Source of the DNA: Octopus vulgaris
Taxonomy: Eukaryota
Reading direction: 5' to 3'
NCBI GenBank assembly: GCA_951406725.2
Contig: OX597826.1
Span: 66,278,001-66,342,000 of the forward strand
DNA length: 64,000 bases
Under the pieces are notes generated by a model that saw only the letters and a list, made by a program, of their open reading frames with translations, was not told where the DNA came from and did not search any database. Positions within the stretch are counted from its first letter, which is position 1, and every line of letters starts with the position of its first letter. The translations under genes and the position numbers were made by a program. Positions 25,275 through 39,213 of the stretch are shown piece by piece.

Positions 25275-25847
25275 TTAAAAATAAGAATGGAGAAGTATAC
25301 ATTCTCAAAAGCTTGTTTATTGCAGTATTTGGATCTTTTCGGTTTGAACGGCAGTTTTTTCTAGCGGTGTCATATGAAATTGTCACCCATAATTATGACC
25401 CTAGTATCGATCTATTGCATTTCAACCTGTTTTAGGGTTAGGGTTAGGGTTAGGGGTGGGGGGAAGGTTATCTTTTTTCTTCACAAATGTAAATAAACCC
25501 AATCTGTTTCTTAAACGAGGGACATATTCATACGGCACAGAATGTTTTTTTTTTACTTCAATAGACGTCAGTGATTGGTTGAAATTGCAGAAATTGAAGA
25601 AAAAAAAACAAACAAATATCTTACAAACCATAGAATTTTCTCAATAAAGCCAAGAGAAAAAAGATGTTTTATAAACACATTCTACCAGTATACAAAGTTA
25701 AACATTTTTTAGTTACCTAGAAATTATGTTAGAAACTGCCGTTCAAACCGAAAACATCCGTATTATTTACAATGCGTTCACTTTTGTATATAATACTGTG
25801 ATAAAGAAACTTTGAAGGATGTGTAATTCCCCATTCTTATTTTTAAT
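25275..25847. mobile_element. Foldback/MITE with ~55-bp inverted arms, interrupted by an inner MITE
   Basis: 25275-25329 is an imperfect reverse complement of 25793-25847 (TTAAAAATAAGAATGG...CAGTATT). Confidence 0.65.
25331..25758 (+). mobile_element. MITE with GGATCTTTTCGGTTTGAACGGCAGTTT TIRs (probably Merlin-derived), containing (TTAGGG)4
   Basis: 27-bp TIRs with one mismatch; TTAGGG x4 at 25432-25455. Confidence 0.8.
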
Positions 25848-25848
25848 A

Positions 25849-25954
<106 letters not shown>

Positions 25955-26214
25955 GTTTCATGCTCGCCTACATGAGAAGTATTGATGTCTTGTGAGTAGA
26001 CAGTAGTTGCTTCTTTCCTCCAAACCACAAATGTATTAAATAAACAACAGCCCTAAGAATATTTTTCCAAGAACTTTTGTGACGCCGAGTACTTGTGCAC
26101 TAATGTAGTAGACAAACAACACACACACACACACACACATACACACACATTAAAAATTTGTAGCTTGGTAACTACGAAGCCGATATGTACGTATGTAGTA
26201 CGTACGTACGAACG

Positions 26215-26367
26215 TATGTACGTGTGTATGTATGTATGTATGTATGTATGTATGTATGTATGTATGTATGTATGTATGTATGTATGTATGTATGTATGTA
26301 TTTATGTATGTATGTATGTATGTATGTATTTATGTATGTATGTATGTATGTATATATGTATGTATGG

Positions 26368-26400
<33 letters not shown>

Positions 26401-26459
26401 TGTATGTTTGTATGTATGTATGTATGTATGGATATATGTATGGATATATGTATGTATGG

Positions 26460-26492
<33 letters not shown>

Positions 26493-26551
26493 TGTATGTA
26501 TGTTTGTATGTATGTATGTATGTATGTATGTATGGATATATGTATGTATGG

Positions 26552-26584
<33 letters not shown>

Positions 26585-26600
26585 TGTATGTATGTATATG
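26215..26600. repeat. (TATG)n microsatellite with GGATA variants
   Basis: Direct inspection. Confidence 0.95.
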
Positions 26601-26830
26601 CCAACATCCAAGTGGTATGACGTATTAAGGACGTTTGCACGTGACTGTGACGAACTCATTGAAATGAAGTTCTGCCCCGCTCTTTATACGAAAGAGAGGT
26701 TCGCTGAAGCTCAAGAAATCTAGATACATGTAAACAGGCACGGAATGCATAAATTCCATTATGTAATCAAGATATTCTACGACCTCCAGAAATTCTTTCG
26801 TAGCATCAGTCCTTTACTGAAAAACTAGTA

Positions 26831-27517
26831 TAGTGATCCCTCGCTACTTCGCGGTTCAACTATCGCGGATTTTTAAAAGCGAAGAAGAAGAAGAAACGCA
26901 GCAAGAAACGGAAGAAGCTGTCGACCAAACTGGCTCGACTCTGGAACGGCTGGCCAAGCTCTGCAACCTGGCTAAAGAATTGAAAGAAGGGGTCACAGGA
27001 ATGGGATGACGATATGGCTCGTTCTGTGCAATTTTACAACAAGGTCGACGAAGTCATGAATCCCTACAAGATGCTCTTTGAACGGAAAAAGAAGCAGCGG
27101 CACCAACTTCCTATCACAATGTTTTTGCAGCCTCACAAAAAAGAGCCAGTTCCTGCTGCTACTACTATGGTTGTACTTTCGGAAGAAGTGGGGCACCGCC
27201 GTCAACTTCATCATCATCATCATTTCTACTGCGCAGCAAATTCATCACCATCATCATTCAAATTTTACTTCAACTTCTTTCGTGTTGAGTACAGTAACAA
27301 TCTTTATTTTTTTAAATCTAAAGTGTTATTGCTTAACAGTTGTCCTTGTTATTAATAGACTACTGTAATGGGCGGGTTGTTAACAGTACAGGGAAGGTTT
27401 TAAAAGTCCAAATATGCGTTAAATAAATACTGTAAATATGGTGTCCCTACTTCGCGGAAATTCAGTTATCGCGGCCAGTCTCGGAACCAATCTACCGCGA
27501 TAAACGAGGGATCACTG
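26831..27517 (+). mobile_element. Internally deleted Tigger/pogo-like transposon
   Basis: TIRs (C/T)AGTGATCCCTCG with TA flanks; residual C-terminus QEWDDDMARSVQFYNKVDEVMNPYKMLFERKKKQRHQLPITMF. Confidence 0.8.
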
Positions 27518-27669
27518 TAAACGAGGGAGTATGCTTCAGACACAAGCTCGCCCTTAACTAGTAAATCCAGTAGCTATGGAGGAATTTTGTGAAATTCATT
27601 TGCTCCACCACGTTCACGAATTACTGTCCCTCGTTGAAGGAAGTGCTGGAATATAAAAAATGGTGATCG

Positions 27670-28460
27670 GAACCGGATAACATTCCAGTGGTAAATACAG
27701 AAGAGCTTCGTCGCTATATTACAGAAGTGTCGGGGTAGGAGTATATACCTCAACGCTAGAAGGATGCAAATATTATCTTCACAAAAGAGAGCCCTCTTTG
27801 CTTCAACAATAATGAGTATGATATTCCTGTCCCTTGCTGCGAATGAAATGGCCAAATTGATGCTTAAACGCTTGGTCCAGTCATTATAAAGAAACGCCAT
27901 GCCCCATGTTACAATGTGACGGGAGCTGAGGCACATTCGATTTGATTTTTGTTACAATGTAGCTTCAGGAGAAATGCAAGGAGCAACATCAAGCACAGTT
28001 CATTGTTTTCCTATATCTGCCAAAAGCTTCTAACACTATAGACCGGGATATTTTGCGGGATATCCTAAGAATTTGGTTGCAAATCCAAATTTGTGACATT
28101 CCTATGCTATTTTCCAAATATAGAAGAAAGAAATCTAGCTCTTTCAGTGTAAAAACAGGAGTTAGACAAGGCTGCATGCTGGTTCCTGGACAGTTTAATA
28201 CCCACCTCGTATGTGTGGCCAGACTGTCATACAAAAGCATGTAAAGAGCGGCAGGAGTTACTATTAACTTACGTCAAGACGGGAATTTTTTCAAACACCT
28301 CATCACCAAGCTCAGACCTAAACAGATCATTGATCTATAGAGTATCGATGATTGTGCTGCACTGGCTGACTCTCAGGATGTCCTACAAACACCTCGATGG
28401 CCGTTACAACTTATAAGATAATGCTTTTGGTAGTTAACATCCATAAAACTGAGCCCGTTT
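27670..28460 (+). pseudogene. Decayed RTE-clade LINE reverse transcriptase
   Basis: Interrupted motifs LQEKCKEQHQAQFIVFLYLPKASNTIDR (cf. QEKCREQ...FIDLxKAFD) and FSVKTGVRQGCMLVP. Confidence 0.75.
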
Positions 28461-28689
28461 GTCAGTGGTATTCTGTACTACCGTCTCTACTTTTACAATG
28501 AGGCGATTGGGTGCCGCTGTTCGGACGCTGACGATTTGGCGCGGCTGATTGTGTGTTTGCCTCTAGTGCCGTAAATGTGTGAATACATGTATAGGTGCCT
28601 TACTGTGACTGTATGAATAAATGCCTGTGTGTAACAATATGTGTAGGTGTTTATCTAGCTGCATATAAAGTCGTCCGTGTGTGACTGCA

Positions 28690-29150
28690 CCTTAAAGCGA
28701 CCTTCTTGTTTCTATTCTTCTGGGAGTGACTTATTTTTTTTCCATGTGATTATCTATTTTATATGGTATTACTGCACTTAACGCTTTGTAAGTAATAGGC
28801 CGGCAGACGATGGTGTCTATAGTTTTGGGGTTTACTGTTTCTGTAATGTTGGGGGATAATGGAGTTTTCCTTCGAAGTGAGACATTCAGAGATTATTTCC
28901 GACTCCTTTAACAGGTCATTAAATATTTTAGCAAGCACTGCGTTGTACCTATTAAATATGTCCAACCAGAATTCTAGGCCTTTATGATCCCTTGGAACCT
29001 ATATGTCTTGTAACGTCTCGGTAACGTCTTAATGGATATGGCCTCTCACAATTGCCCAGATGCTGCACATATCGTTCTGAACATCTCGGTCGTGACGACC
29101 TCTTTACAGTCTATACACCTCTTCCAAAATTCTATATTCCTTACTGGTGC
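28690..29150 (-). pseudogene. Decayed R4-type LINE RT N-terminal fragment
   Basis: VPRDHKGLEFWLDIFNRYNAVLAKIFNDLLKESEIISECLT...KPQNYR resembles PGxDxIxxFWxK...LAxxFN...PEWLT...NYRPI. Confidence 0.55.
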
Positions 29151-29581
29151 CTTTGCATTGATTTGTGTATATTACTACCTTCACTACAACATGCCCCTCG
29201 CAGAGTTCACAGTCTTTCTAACATGCACGAGCACCAAGTATCACACTGATTGACACGTCACCAAAAGTAAATCTCAGTCACCTGTTACAGGTGATAGGGA
29301 ATTATGTGAGGAGGCAAGCACCAGATCTATTTTGAAACATAACCGGGTTGTGGTAATTTCATAAATACAATTGCCGACAAGACTGGAATACCTGGGAAAA
29401 GTCCCTCCACCCATTTGCTTTGGGGATTGGATGTAAACGCAAGTCAGAGTGGAGGAGAGCAAAAACCAAAACGTTATAACTGTGGATGGACAAATCATTT
29501 GCGGGCTTTCTACCATGTGGTGAAAGGAAGCATATAATTTCCTTCCCATTCACACAAACAGACACAGACACACAGACACAG

Positions 29582-29623
<42 letters not shown>

Positions 29624-29780
29624 ACATTAGTTTATATCAGACAAATGGGAAAGGAGTGCTCAATACATATTGTAAATAATATGTTTTTATTTAATTGAAA
29701 ATGAAGCTAAGAGTCTATCTTGCAGCTTGAGTCTCAAGCCATTGCGCTCGCCTGAAGAACGAAATGGCGTGAAACTCTCC

Positions 29781-29888
<108 letters not shown>

Positions 29889-30153
29889 CGTGTGTGTGTG
29901 TTTGGGTGAGTGTGTAGTTTTGGCAGAACAAACAAGGGAAATAGAACCCAACACATGCATATATATTAATCAGTTTGTAAAGTTACATAAGTGATTCAAG
30001 GGCCGAGGGTTGCGTGCATTGCACTTAAGAAAAGGTTGAGACACACTTTTGCTCACTTATATAACAACTGATAAGTACACACACACACACACACATACAC
30101 ATATGTAAGTAGGTACGTAATTATGAAAGTAGGTAGGTAGTTACGTACGTATG

Positions 30154-30190
<37 letters not shown>

Positions 30191-30356
30191 GTATATATGT
30201 ATGTTTATGCCTATATGCCTAACCTAAATGTTTATAATGAACTCATCAAACAAATAAATACAGACGCAAGAGATAACATATCCTGTAATTATCGTTGTTA
30301 CTGTCATCATCATCATCATCATCGTCGTCCTCACCACCACCACCACCACCACCACC

Positions 30357-30390
<34 letters not shown>

Positions 30391-30699
30391 TCATATCATC
30401 ATAATCATAATAATTAATTATAATCCTTTAAAAGCTGATAAGATAAAGGTGTCTGTCGCAGAAGATGAAGGTCAGAAAGGGGATTCAGGACCCCTCGAAT
30501 GAAAAGAAGGAGAAGTAATAGAAGGAAAGGGAGGTAGGGGTGCGCACTTAGAACTTTTACCAAGAATTTAGTACACGAGGGTAGGGGTGGGGTGGGCGGT
30601 TCGAAATCGAGAGTTAGGATTTTGTAGGTTCTCAATTTGGTAATGAAAGAGCAATCAGAATAAAATATGTCATACGCACAAAAAAAAACGCATACTCTA

Positions 30700-30715
30700 A
30701 CTCATACACAAATAC

Positions 30716-30790
<75 letters not shown>

Positions 30791-30810
30791 TACATATCTA
30801 TAATATATAA

Positions 30811-30845
<35 letters not shown>

Positions 30846-30956
30846 CTTCTGCCAATTAAACGTATCTTATACATATACATACATACATACATACATCAAT
30901 GCATACATACATAGATATATACAAGATATATATATATATATATACACACACATATT

Positions 30957-31011
<55 letters not shown>

Positions 31012-31159
31012 GACGTCCGTGTGTATGTGTGTATATACATACATTTATATATACATATATATATATGTATATATACACATATATGTACATATATATAATA
31101 TGTATATATATATATATACATATACATATACATACATATGCATATATATATATATATAT

Positions 31160-31207
<48 letters not shown>

Positions 31208-31619
31208 CTTATAAACAAAGACATGTATATCTATGTATATATATATATATTTATTGATACATAAACACATATATACACATCTCTCTATATAAATATCGAT
31301 ATATATATATGATATATATCTAAATAAAAATTATATAATATATACTATATAATATATGTGTGTAATATATACATACATAGAAACGCAGGTGTGGCTATCT
31401 GGTAAGAAGTTTGGTTCTCAACCCTATGGTTCCGGGTTCAGTCTCATTGCATGGCTCCTTGACCTTCTACTATAGTCACTGGCCAACTAAAGTCAGTGCA
31501 TGGATTTGTTAGAAACTAAAAGCAACACATCTCTCCCTCCCTCTCCCTCTCTCTGTATATACATAAATATATACATACATACATACATACATACACATAT
31601 GCACACATACATGTGCGTG

Positions 31620-31666
<47 letters not shown>

Positions 31667-32463
31667 GTATATACAAATATGCACATATATATACACCTGC
31701 ACATATATACATATATGTGTGTGTGTGTTTGTGTTTGTCCCCTACCAGCGCTTGGCAACCGGTGTTGGCTTGCTTACGACCTCGTAAATAAATGGTTAGG
31801 CAAAAGTGAACGATAAAGTACGTACCAGACGTAAAAAGTACAGGAGTCGATTCAATCGACCAAAACCCTTCAAGGCGATGCCACAGTATGGCCGCACACC
31901 AGTGACGAAAACATATAAGATTCATTTACATTTAGACGTATGTATGTGTATGTATATAAATATATCAAGTATTTATGAATGAAATGCGTGTGTGTATATA
32001 CATATGCATATAAATATATGTATATATACACATATATATGTATGTATGTGTGTATATATACATACAGACATATATATGTATATATATTCATATACCTACG
32101 TATGTATATGTGTATATATATATATAAATATATATATATACACACATATATATACACACATATATATATATATATACAAATATATGTATGTATGTGTGTA
32201 TATATACATACAGACATATATATGTATATATATTCATATACCTACATATGTATATATGTATATATATGTTAATATATATATATATACACATATATATATA
32301 CACACACATATATATGCATATATATGTATATATACATATACATATATATGTATATACAAACATTAAAAATTTGCCTATATATTTATGTACATATATATAT
32401 ATAGATATACATAATACATATATATGTATACACACACATATATACACGCATTTATATATACAT

Positions 32464-32550
<87 letters not shown>

Positions 32551-32740
32551 TGCATATATATGTATATGTACATAGATATAGACAAACACGTACATACTCT
32601 CACATATATGCATACATATATGCATATATATATATATATGTATACGTGCACAGACATAAACATATACGTAGACAAACACACACTCCCAGATACACAAACA
32701 CACACACCCACACATTCCCAAGCCTACACACATACATGTT
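30700..32740. repeat. Long compound (TA)n/(CA)n/(TATG)n field containing a diverged SINE A (~31384-31922)
   Basis: Direct inspection; SINE head at 31384 and tail at ~31870-31915. Confidence 0.85.
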
Positions 32741-32924
32741 TAGATATAATGATACCTAAGCGACTTCATTTCCCAGCACAGAGTGCAAATGTACTAAGAC
32801 AGCTAGCTTATAAGTACGATTACAGAGCCTTGTTTTGAAGGCAATAATAATAATATATAACACAGGTCAATTGCATTTGAGAGCCAACCGCCGCCCACCT
32901 TTTACATTGCTGTTGGAGTGGGGA

Positions 32925-33810
32925 TAGTGGTGGTGGTGGTGGTGGTGGTGGTGGCGGCGGTGGTGGTGGTGTCAGTGGTGATAATGATGTCACAGAGTGT
33001 TGTTGTTGTTGTTGGTAAGGGTGGTGGTGGTGTTGGTGGTGGTGGTGGTGGTTGTGGTAGTGGTGGTGGTGGTGGTGGTGGTGGCGTTGGTGGTGTTGGT
33101 GGTGGTGGTGGTGGTTGTGGTAGTGGTGATATTGGTGGTGGTGGTGGTTGTGGTGGTGGTGATGCTGGTGGTGGTTGTGGCGTTGGTGGTGGTGGTGTTG
33201 GTTGTGGTAGTGGTGATATGGTGGTGGTGGTGGTTGTGGTGGTGGATGTTGGTATTGGTGGTGGTGGTGGTGGTGGTGGTGATGTTGGTGTTGGTGGTGG
33301 TGGTGGTGGTGGTGATGTTGGTGTTGGTGGTGGTGGTGGTGGTGGTGGTGGTGGTGGTGGTGGTGGTGTTGGTGGTGTTGGTGGTGGTGGTGGTTATTGT
33401 GGTGGTGATGGTGGTGTTGGTGGTGGTGTTGTTGTTGTTGTTGTTGGTGGTGTTGGTGGTGTTGGTATTGACACCATAAGTTGTTGTTTTTGTCGTGACG
33501 GAGGCGGTGGTGGTGGCGGCGGCGGCGGCGGCGGTGACGACTGCGGAGCCCTTTGATGGTGGCGGTAGTTGTTTGTGGTCTTGTTAGAAAGAAGAAGGAC
33601 GGTGAGGTGGAGGGAGGGAGGGAGGGGAGAGATGCGGAGAGTGGGGGTGGGGGTGGGGTGGGATGGGATGGGTAAGGAAATGAAAAGGAGAAAGAGGTGC
33701 GTGGAGGTGGTGAGCGATATTGGCGACGGCGCCGCCGCCGGGAATGGTCGTGACGGCGGCGGCGGCGACTGTAGTGGTGGTGGTGGTGGTGGTGGTGGCG
33801 GTGAAGGCGG
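32925..33810. repeat. (GGT)n/(GTT)n/(GGC)n trinucleotide low-complexity tract
   Basis: Direct inspection; source of the poly-His, poly-Gly and poly-Val ORFs. Confidence 0.92.
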
Positions 33811-34049
33811 ATATTACACAACGGCCGAAGCGCCAGTGACAATAGAAACCTCGATAAGTACACCTGTCCGAAAGCAATCCTGGATAAGTACACACCGTAC
33901 AACAACAATATTATAAAACGTCACAATACAATTAATATTGTAACACCGTATAAGACAGTGTATATTATTATATAATACAGATCAAGTATAAGAGTGTATA
34001 TAATAAAACACAATAGGATACACCACAATTCGATACAACACAAACAAGA

Positions 34050-34179
34050 AATATATATACATATACATACATACATACATACATACATACATACAACTTA
34101 TATATGTATATTGTATATGTATGAGTGTGTGTATATATGGATATAATTAATCGATATATTAATGTTTCTTTTTATGTCA

Positions 34180-34221
<42 letters not shown>

Positions 34222-34273
34222 ATATATATATGTATATATATACATATATATATATATATATAAATGTATATAT

Positions 34274-34316
<43 letters not shown>

Positions 34317-34353
34317 CATGTATATATATATGTATATATATATATGTATATAC

Positions 34354-34397
<44 letters not shown>

Positions 34398-34418
34398 GTG
34401 TGTATATATATATATATA

Positions 34419-34475
<57 letters not shown>

Positions 34476-34838
34476 GTATATACACAAACAATTTAACATG
34501 AAACGGAAGAATTAATCGATACGCTTTAGAAAATATGTTTATTAGGTTGAAACTACGTAGTCATTGTCATATGTATGCGTGTATATATGTGTATATGTGT
34601 GTATATGTGTATGTATATATATATGTATGTATATATAAATATTTATATATATGCATATATGTATGTGTGTATGTAAATATATATATATATATATATGTAT
34701 ATATATGTTATGATTGTATATATATATATGTATATATATATTATGATTGTATATATATATATATATGTATATATGTATATATATATGTATATATATGTTA
34801 TGATTGTATATATATATATGTATATATATGTTATGATT

Positions 34839-34876
<38 letters not shown>

Positions 34877-35047
34877 GTGTATATATATGTGTGTATATAT
34901 ATATATATATACATACACAGATATATGTACATGTATATATATATATATATATACACACAGATATATGTATATCGATATATATGTATTTATAGATATATGT
35001 ATATACATATATCTGTGTATATATGCATATGTACACGTGTATATGTG

Positions 35048-35092
<45 letters not shown>

Positions 35093-35131
35093 GTGTGTGT
35101 GTGTATATGTATGCGTGTATATATATGCAAG

Positions 35132-35202
<71 letters not shown>

Positions 35203-35295
35203 GTCTGTCTGTCTCTCTCTCTCTACCTCTCTATCTATCTATCTATCTGTCTGTTTATTTTTCTATCTATCTCCCTTTATATATGCATGTATATA
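34050..35295. repeat. (TA)n-based field with (TCTA)n and a TTATGATTG-(TA)n unit x4
   Basis: Direct inspection. Confidence 0.92.
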
Positions 35296-35296
35296 T

Positions 35297-35473
35297 AAAG
35301 GGAAAGTTTACGAAAATAAACAAAAGACGAAGGCAGGTGGTGTACAAACAAACAGATGTATCAGTATAGCGCTCAGGAATAGAAAAAGTTTTTTACGTTT
35401 CGAGCCTACGCTCTTCTACAGAAAGGTACACAGAAAAAACAAGGAGAGAAAAAAATGTGTGTAGTAGTTAACG

Positions 35474-35475
<2 letters not shown>
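35297..35475 (-). mobile_element. Short Penelope-type terminal-repeat remnant with a hammerhead-like motif (35389-35424)
   Basis: Minus strand CTTT-CTGTAGA-A-GAGC GTAG GCTC-GAAA-CG-TA-AAAA, between (TA)n and (CA)n. Confidence 0.5.
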
Positions 35476-35540
<65 letters not shown>

Positions 35541-35666
35541 TATATATATATAAAAATATATATATATACTTATGTATGTATGTTCTCTTTTTAATTTTAG
35601 AGTAAATTTTGACCGGTCGCCTATTTGCCAGTAAGGTTGTGAAGGAAAATATCTTGTTTTTAACCA

Positions 35667-36250
35667 TCATCCTTTAAATCTTAAGAAGGATTTGCAAATT
35701 TTTGTAGTCCCAGATTTCGTGATCATTTGTAGTTTATGAATTAACAATTTGCATTCTCTTCCTAAGATCCCAAGTTCAGCCATACTTTGCGCCAGACGGG
35801 TCGGCATGTATCCTGTTGCTCCAATAATAATAAGTATGAAGATGAAAGCCGGATATGCAAACTCCTTATCAAGGGTCCATAGAGATCCTCTTTTTCTTGA
35901 ATATTTCTCACCACATTCGTATCTAGAAGGCAGCTGATTTCCGCAAGAGAACATGTCTTTTCTTTGTGGTATCACACAACAATATCTGATTGGCTTTGTT
36001 TTAACTGGGTGGCCGTTTTAATTTCCAAGTTTCCCCAATACTCTTTTGACTCCCATCGATTTCAATATGATGAAATTTGTAGGTATTTTCTTTCTGGTTC
36101 CACACCGTTTTGGCCACCGCATTATTCCTCATAGGAAGATAATATCTGGAAGACGTTCTCTTAGAGTCGGCAATAATGTAGCTGATGTCTTCATTCTTGC
36201 AAAGCTCACGTTTGATGTCTGTCAACGTTTTTTTGCTTTTATGCTGTAGT
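35667..36250 (-). pseudogene. Decayed RLE-type non-LTR retrotransposon C-terminus
   Basis: ELCKNEDISYIIA..RYYLPMRNNAVAKTVWN (CCHC/RH region) and IIIGATGYMP...LQMITKSGTTKICKSFLRF. Confidence 0.65.
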
Positions 36251-36534
36251 TATTTGGTGAGATCCTTTTCTTCTTGGATTAGATGGATGTAGTCTTAAAA
36301 GTGGGATGTCATAAATTTGTCAGTTCTACATGTATGTATGTATGTATGTATGTATGTATGTATGTATGTATGTATGTATGTATGTATGTATGTATGTATG
36401 TATACATGTATGTATGTATGTATACATGTATGTATGTATGTATGTATGTATGTGTGAGTGTATGTGTGTATGTATGTATGTATTTATAAAATAAAATGCA
36501 AAATGGGACAAGAACGCAAAACATCCGGACAACT

Positions 36535-36885
36535 TTTATTTCAGTCATTTGACCCTGGGACTTATTCTTTGTAAGCCTAGTACTTATTCTATCGGCCTCT
36601 TTTGCCGAACCGCTAAGTTACGGGGAAGTAAGCACACCAGCATCGGTTGTCAAACGATGTTACGGGGACAAACATATATATACAATATATATATATACAT
36701 ATATGTATATACATATAATAACAGGCTATAACAACAGGCGTCTTTCGACACACAAATCCACTCACAAGGCTTTGGTTGGTCCGAAGCTAAAGTAGAAGAC
36801 ACTTGCCCAATGTGCCGGTGGGACTGAACCCGGAACCATGTGGTTCGTTAGCAAGCTACTTACCACACAGCCACTCCTACGCCTA
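36535..36885 (-). mobile_element. SINE family A with internal deletions
   Basis: Family head at ~36885 and body segments. Confidence 0.85.
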
Positions 36886-36948
36886 TATGTATAGATATGT
36901 ATGTATGTATGTATGTATAAGTATATATGTATTTATATATATATGTAA

Positions 36949-36979
<31 letters not shown>

Positions 36980-37152
36980 TAAGAAAGTTGGTTTGTGAAA
37001 GCACGTGGGTGTATATATAGAAAATAGTAAAGAGTGAAAAAACTACAGAAGGCTTAAATGTTAAAAAATATATATATTTGCGTTAATATGTCTGAAGAAT
37101 ATTAGAAAATTTAAAAAAAAAAATTTTTTCCTCTTAAAATGACATAATTTAA

Positions 37153-37191
37153 AAGAAAGACCGGTTTCGCGTGTAGCTTTTCAAATTTCTT
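37153..37191 (-). ncRNA. Minimal hammerhead ribozyme, C3U/G8A variant, downstream of the Penelope-like ORF
   Basis: Minus strand AAGAAA-T-TTGAAAA-GC TACAC GC-GAAA-CCGG-TC-TTTCTT; stem III ACCGGT is palindromic. Confidence 0.65.
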
Positions 37192-37300
37192 GCGACGTTA
37201 TGTTTATGTTGAATAGAGTTTTCGTTATGTTTATATTCAGGAGAGTTCTAAATAAGGGAAGGTAGTGAGTGATTTCTTCCGGTGTAAGGGAGATAATCAC

Positions 37301-39213
37301 TTAAAAATTTTTTCCTTTCCCTTGGTGTGAATTTCTCTGTATCAGTATGTTCGGATGGTTGAGTCTGGGCTCGTACTTTTCAATGAAGAATGTTTCCTTG
37401 TTTAGTCTAATTTGTGTTGATGATCCGAAAGCACATTGGTAAAATGGAAAGATTAAAAATTGTGGTAGTAGTTGCTTTGCGCATTTCTCAATGTGCTCAC
37501 TAAAAGGTATCATTCTATATTCTGGGAATGCAATCTGTTGTCGATGCAGTGTGCATCTACGTCTGAGTGATAGTCCCGTGGAACCCACGTAGTCTTGGTG
37601 GCAGCCCGAGCATTTTATGACATAAATTATGTTTTCAGAGGCACAAGTAAAGTTAGATTTGATCTTGAATTTCTGTCCCTCTTTAAAGAGGAATTCTGAT
37701 CCTTCTAGCAGGTTAGGACATGTTGCACAGTTCGATCTACCACATTTTTTTACTTTTGCATCCGTAATTTCAGAAGATAATTTTGCCTTTGTGAGAATCT
37801 TTTTGAGTGATTTAGGCTGTTTGTAGCTTTTAATGATTTGGTGTATGTTTAGAATTTCCTTTAATTTGGGGTCTTTATGAAGTATTGGTAAATTCTGGGT
37901 GATGATGGTGAAGGCTTCTTTGTTTCTGGGGTTGTATGTAGATATGTAAGGTAGTATTTTCGGGGAAGGTGTGTTGTTGTGTTGAACTTTTCTTAAAGTT
38001 TCTATGTTGATTTCTGTTGCACGTCTGATCCCATCCTCTATGAGTTGAGCTGGGTAATGTCTGTCAATTAGGGTGTTTTTGAGTTCTTGCAGTCTGAAGT
38101 TCCTGGTATTTTGTTCTGACACTATTGTGCATATCCTTCTTGCAAGGTTGAAGGGGATGTTTGTTTTAGTGTGTCTTGGGTAGCATGAATTAAAAAGAAG
38201 GTATTGTTTGGCGTCTGTGGCTTTGTAAAAAATGTCTGTTTCTATTTTAAGGTTAATTTTTTTAATTAGTATATCCAAGAATGGGAGCTCCTTTTGGTTG
38301 TATTCCATTGTGAACTGTATATTTGGGTTTATGCTGTTCAATAGGTTTTTAAATTTTAGGAGTTTATCTGTGTTTTCATTCCAGAGAATAAAACAGTCGT
38401 CTAAGAATCGTTTCCAATTCTCTTTTATGTATTGAGAGAGGGGGTTTCCAAAGATTGATAAAGATTCCTGGTAAATGATTATTTCCATGTATCCCATTGT
38501 TAAGTTCGCAATGACTGGTGCTGCCCTTGTACCCATAGCAATTCCGGATTTTTGACGGTAAAATGTATTGTCAAACATGAAGTGGTTATTGTGTAGGATG
38601 AATTCAATTGATTTAGTAATGAATTCTTTACTGATCCTTTTTGGTATTTCTTCCGGAAATTGGTCTAACCAGAACTGTATTGCCTCCAGTCCATAATTAT
38701 GAGGTATACTGGTATATAAGTTAACTACATCAAATGAAACCAGGATTGTTTCTTCCTTGGCTTTTTTTGGAAGGTGGTTTAACATATCTAAGTCATCTCT
38801 GATATGGCTATCGATATGTTTAAGGAAGGGTTTCAGGAGGATGTCCATAAGTAGACTTAGTCTGTGTGTTTCACAGGTTGGGCCAGCTACAATGGGTCGT
38901 AGTTTTAGGTCCCCCGGGTTAGGTGTGTGTATGTATGTCTTTGGTGATTTTTTAATGGTTTCATTTATAATTTGACGTTTATGAATTTTTGGCAGACCAT
39001 AGAAAAGGCTAGGTTTGCATTTAAAGTTTGTTAGGAAGTCAATCTCTTTGGCTGTTTCATGGGTTTTAATTAGTGAAGATAGAGTTTTCATTATTTTTTG
39101 TGGGGTGTAGTTGGTAAGTTTTTCATAATGTAGGTCGTCATCAAGCAAGGAGATTACAAGATTTCTGTAGTATGATGTATCCATTATTACAACTGCATTT
39201 CCCTTGTCTGCTT

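Noticed and set aside
25432-25455. Chromosome end or telomere fusion
   Set aside because: Only four TTAGGG units, located inside a TIR-bounded MITE.
32820-33908. 362-aa His/Pro/Gln-rich ORF and overlapping Gly/Val ORFs
   Set aside because: Translation of (GGT)n-type repeats, open in several frames on both strands, with no domain or splice evidence.
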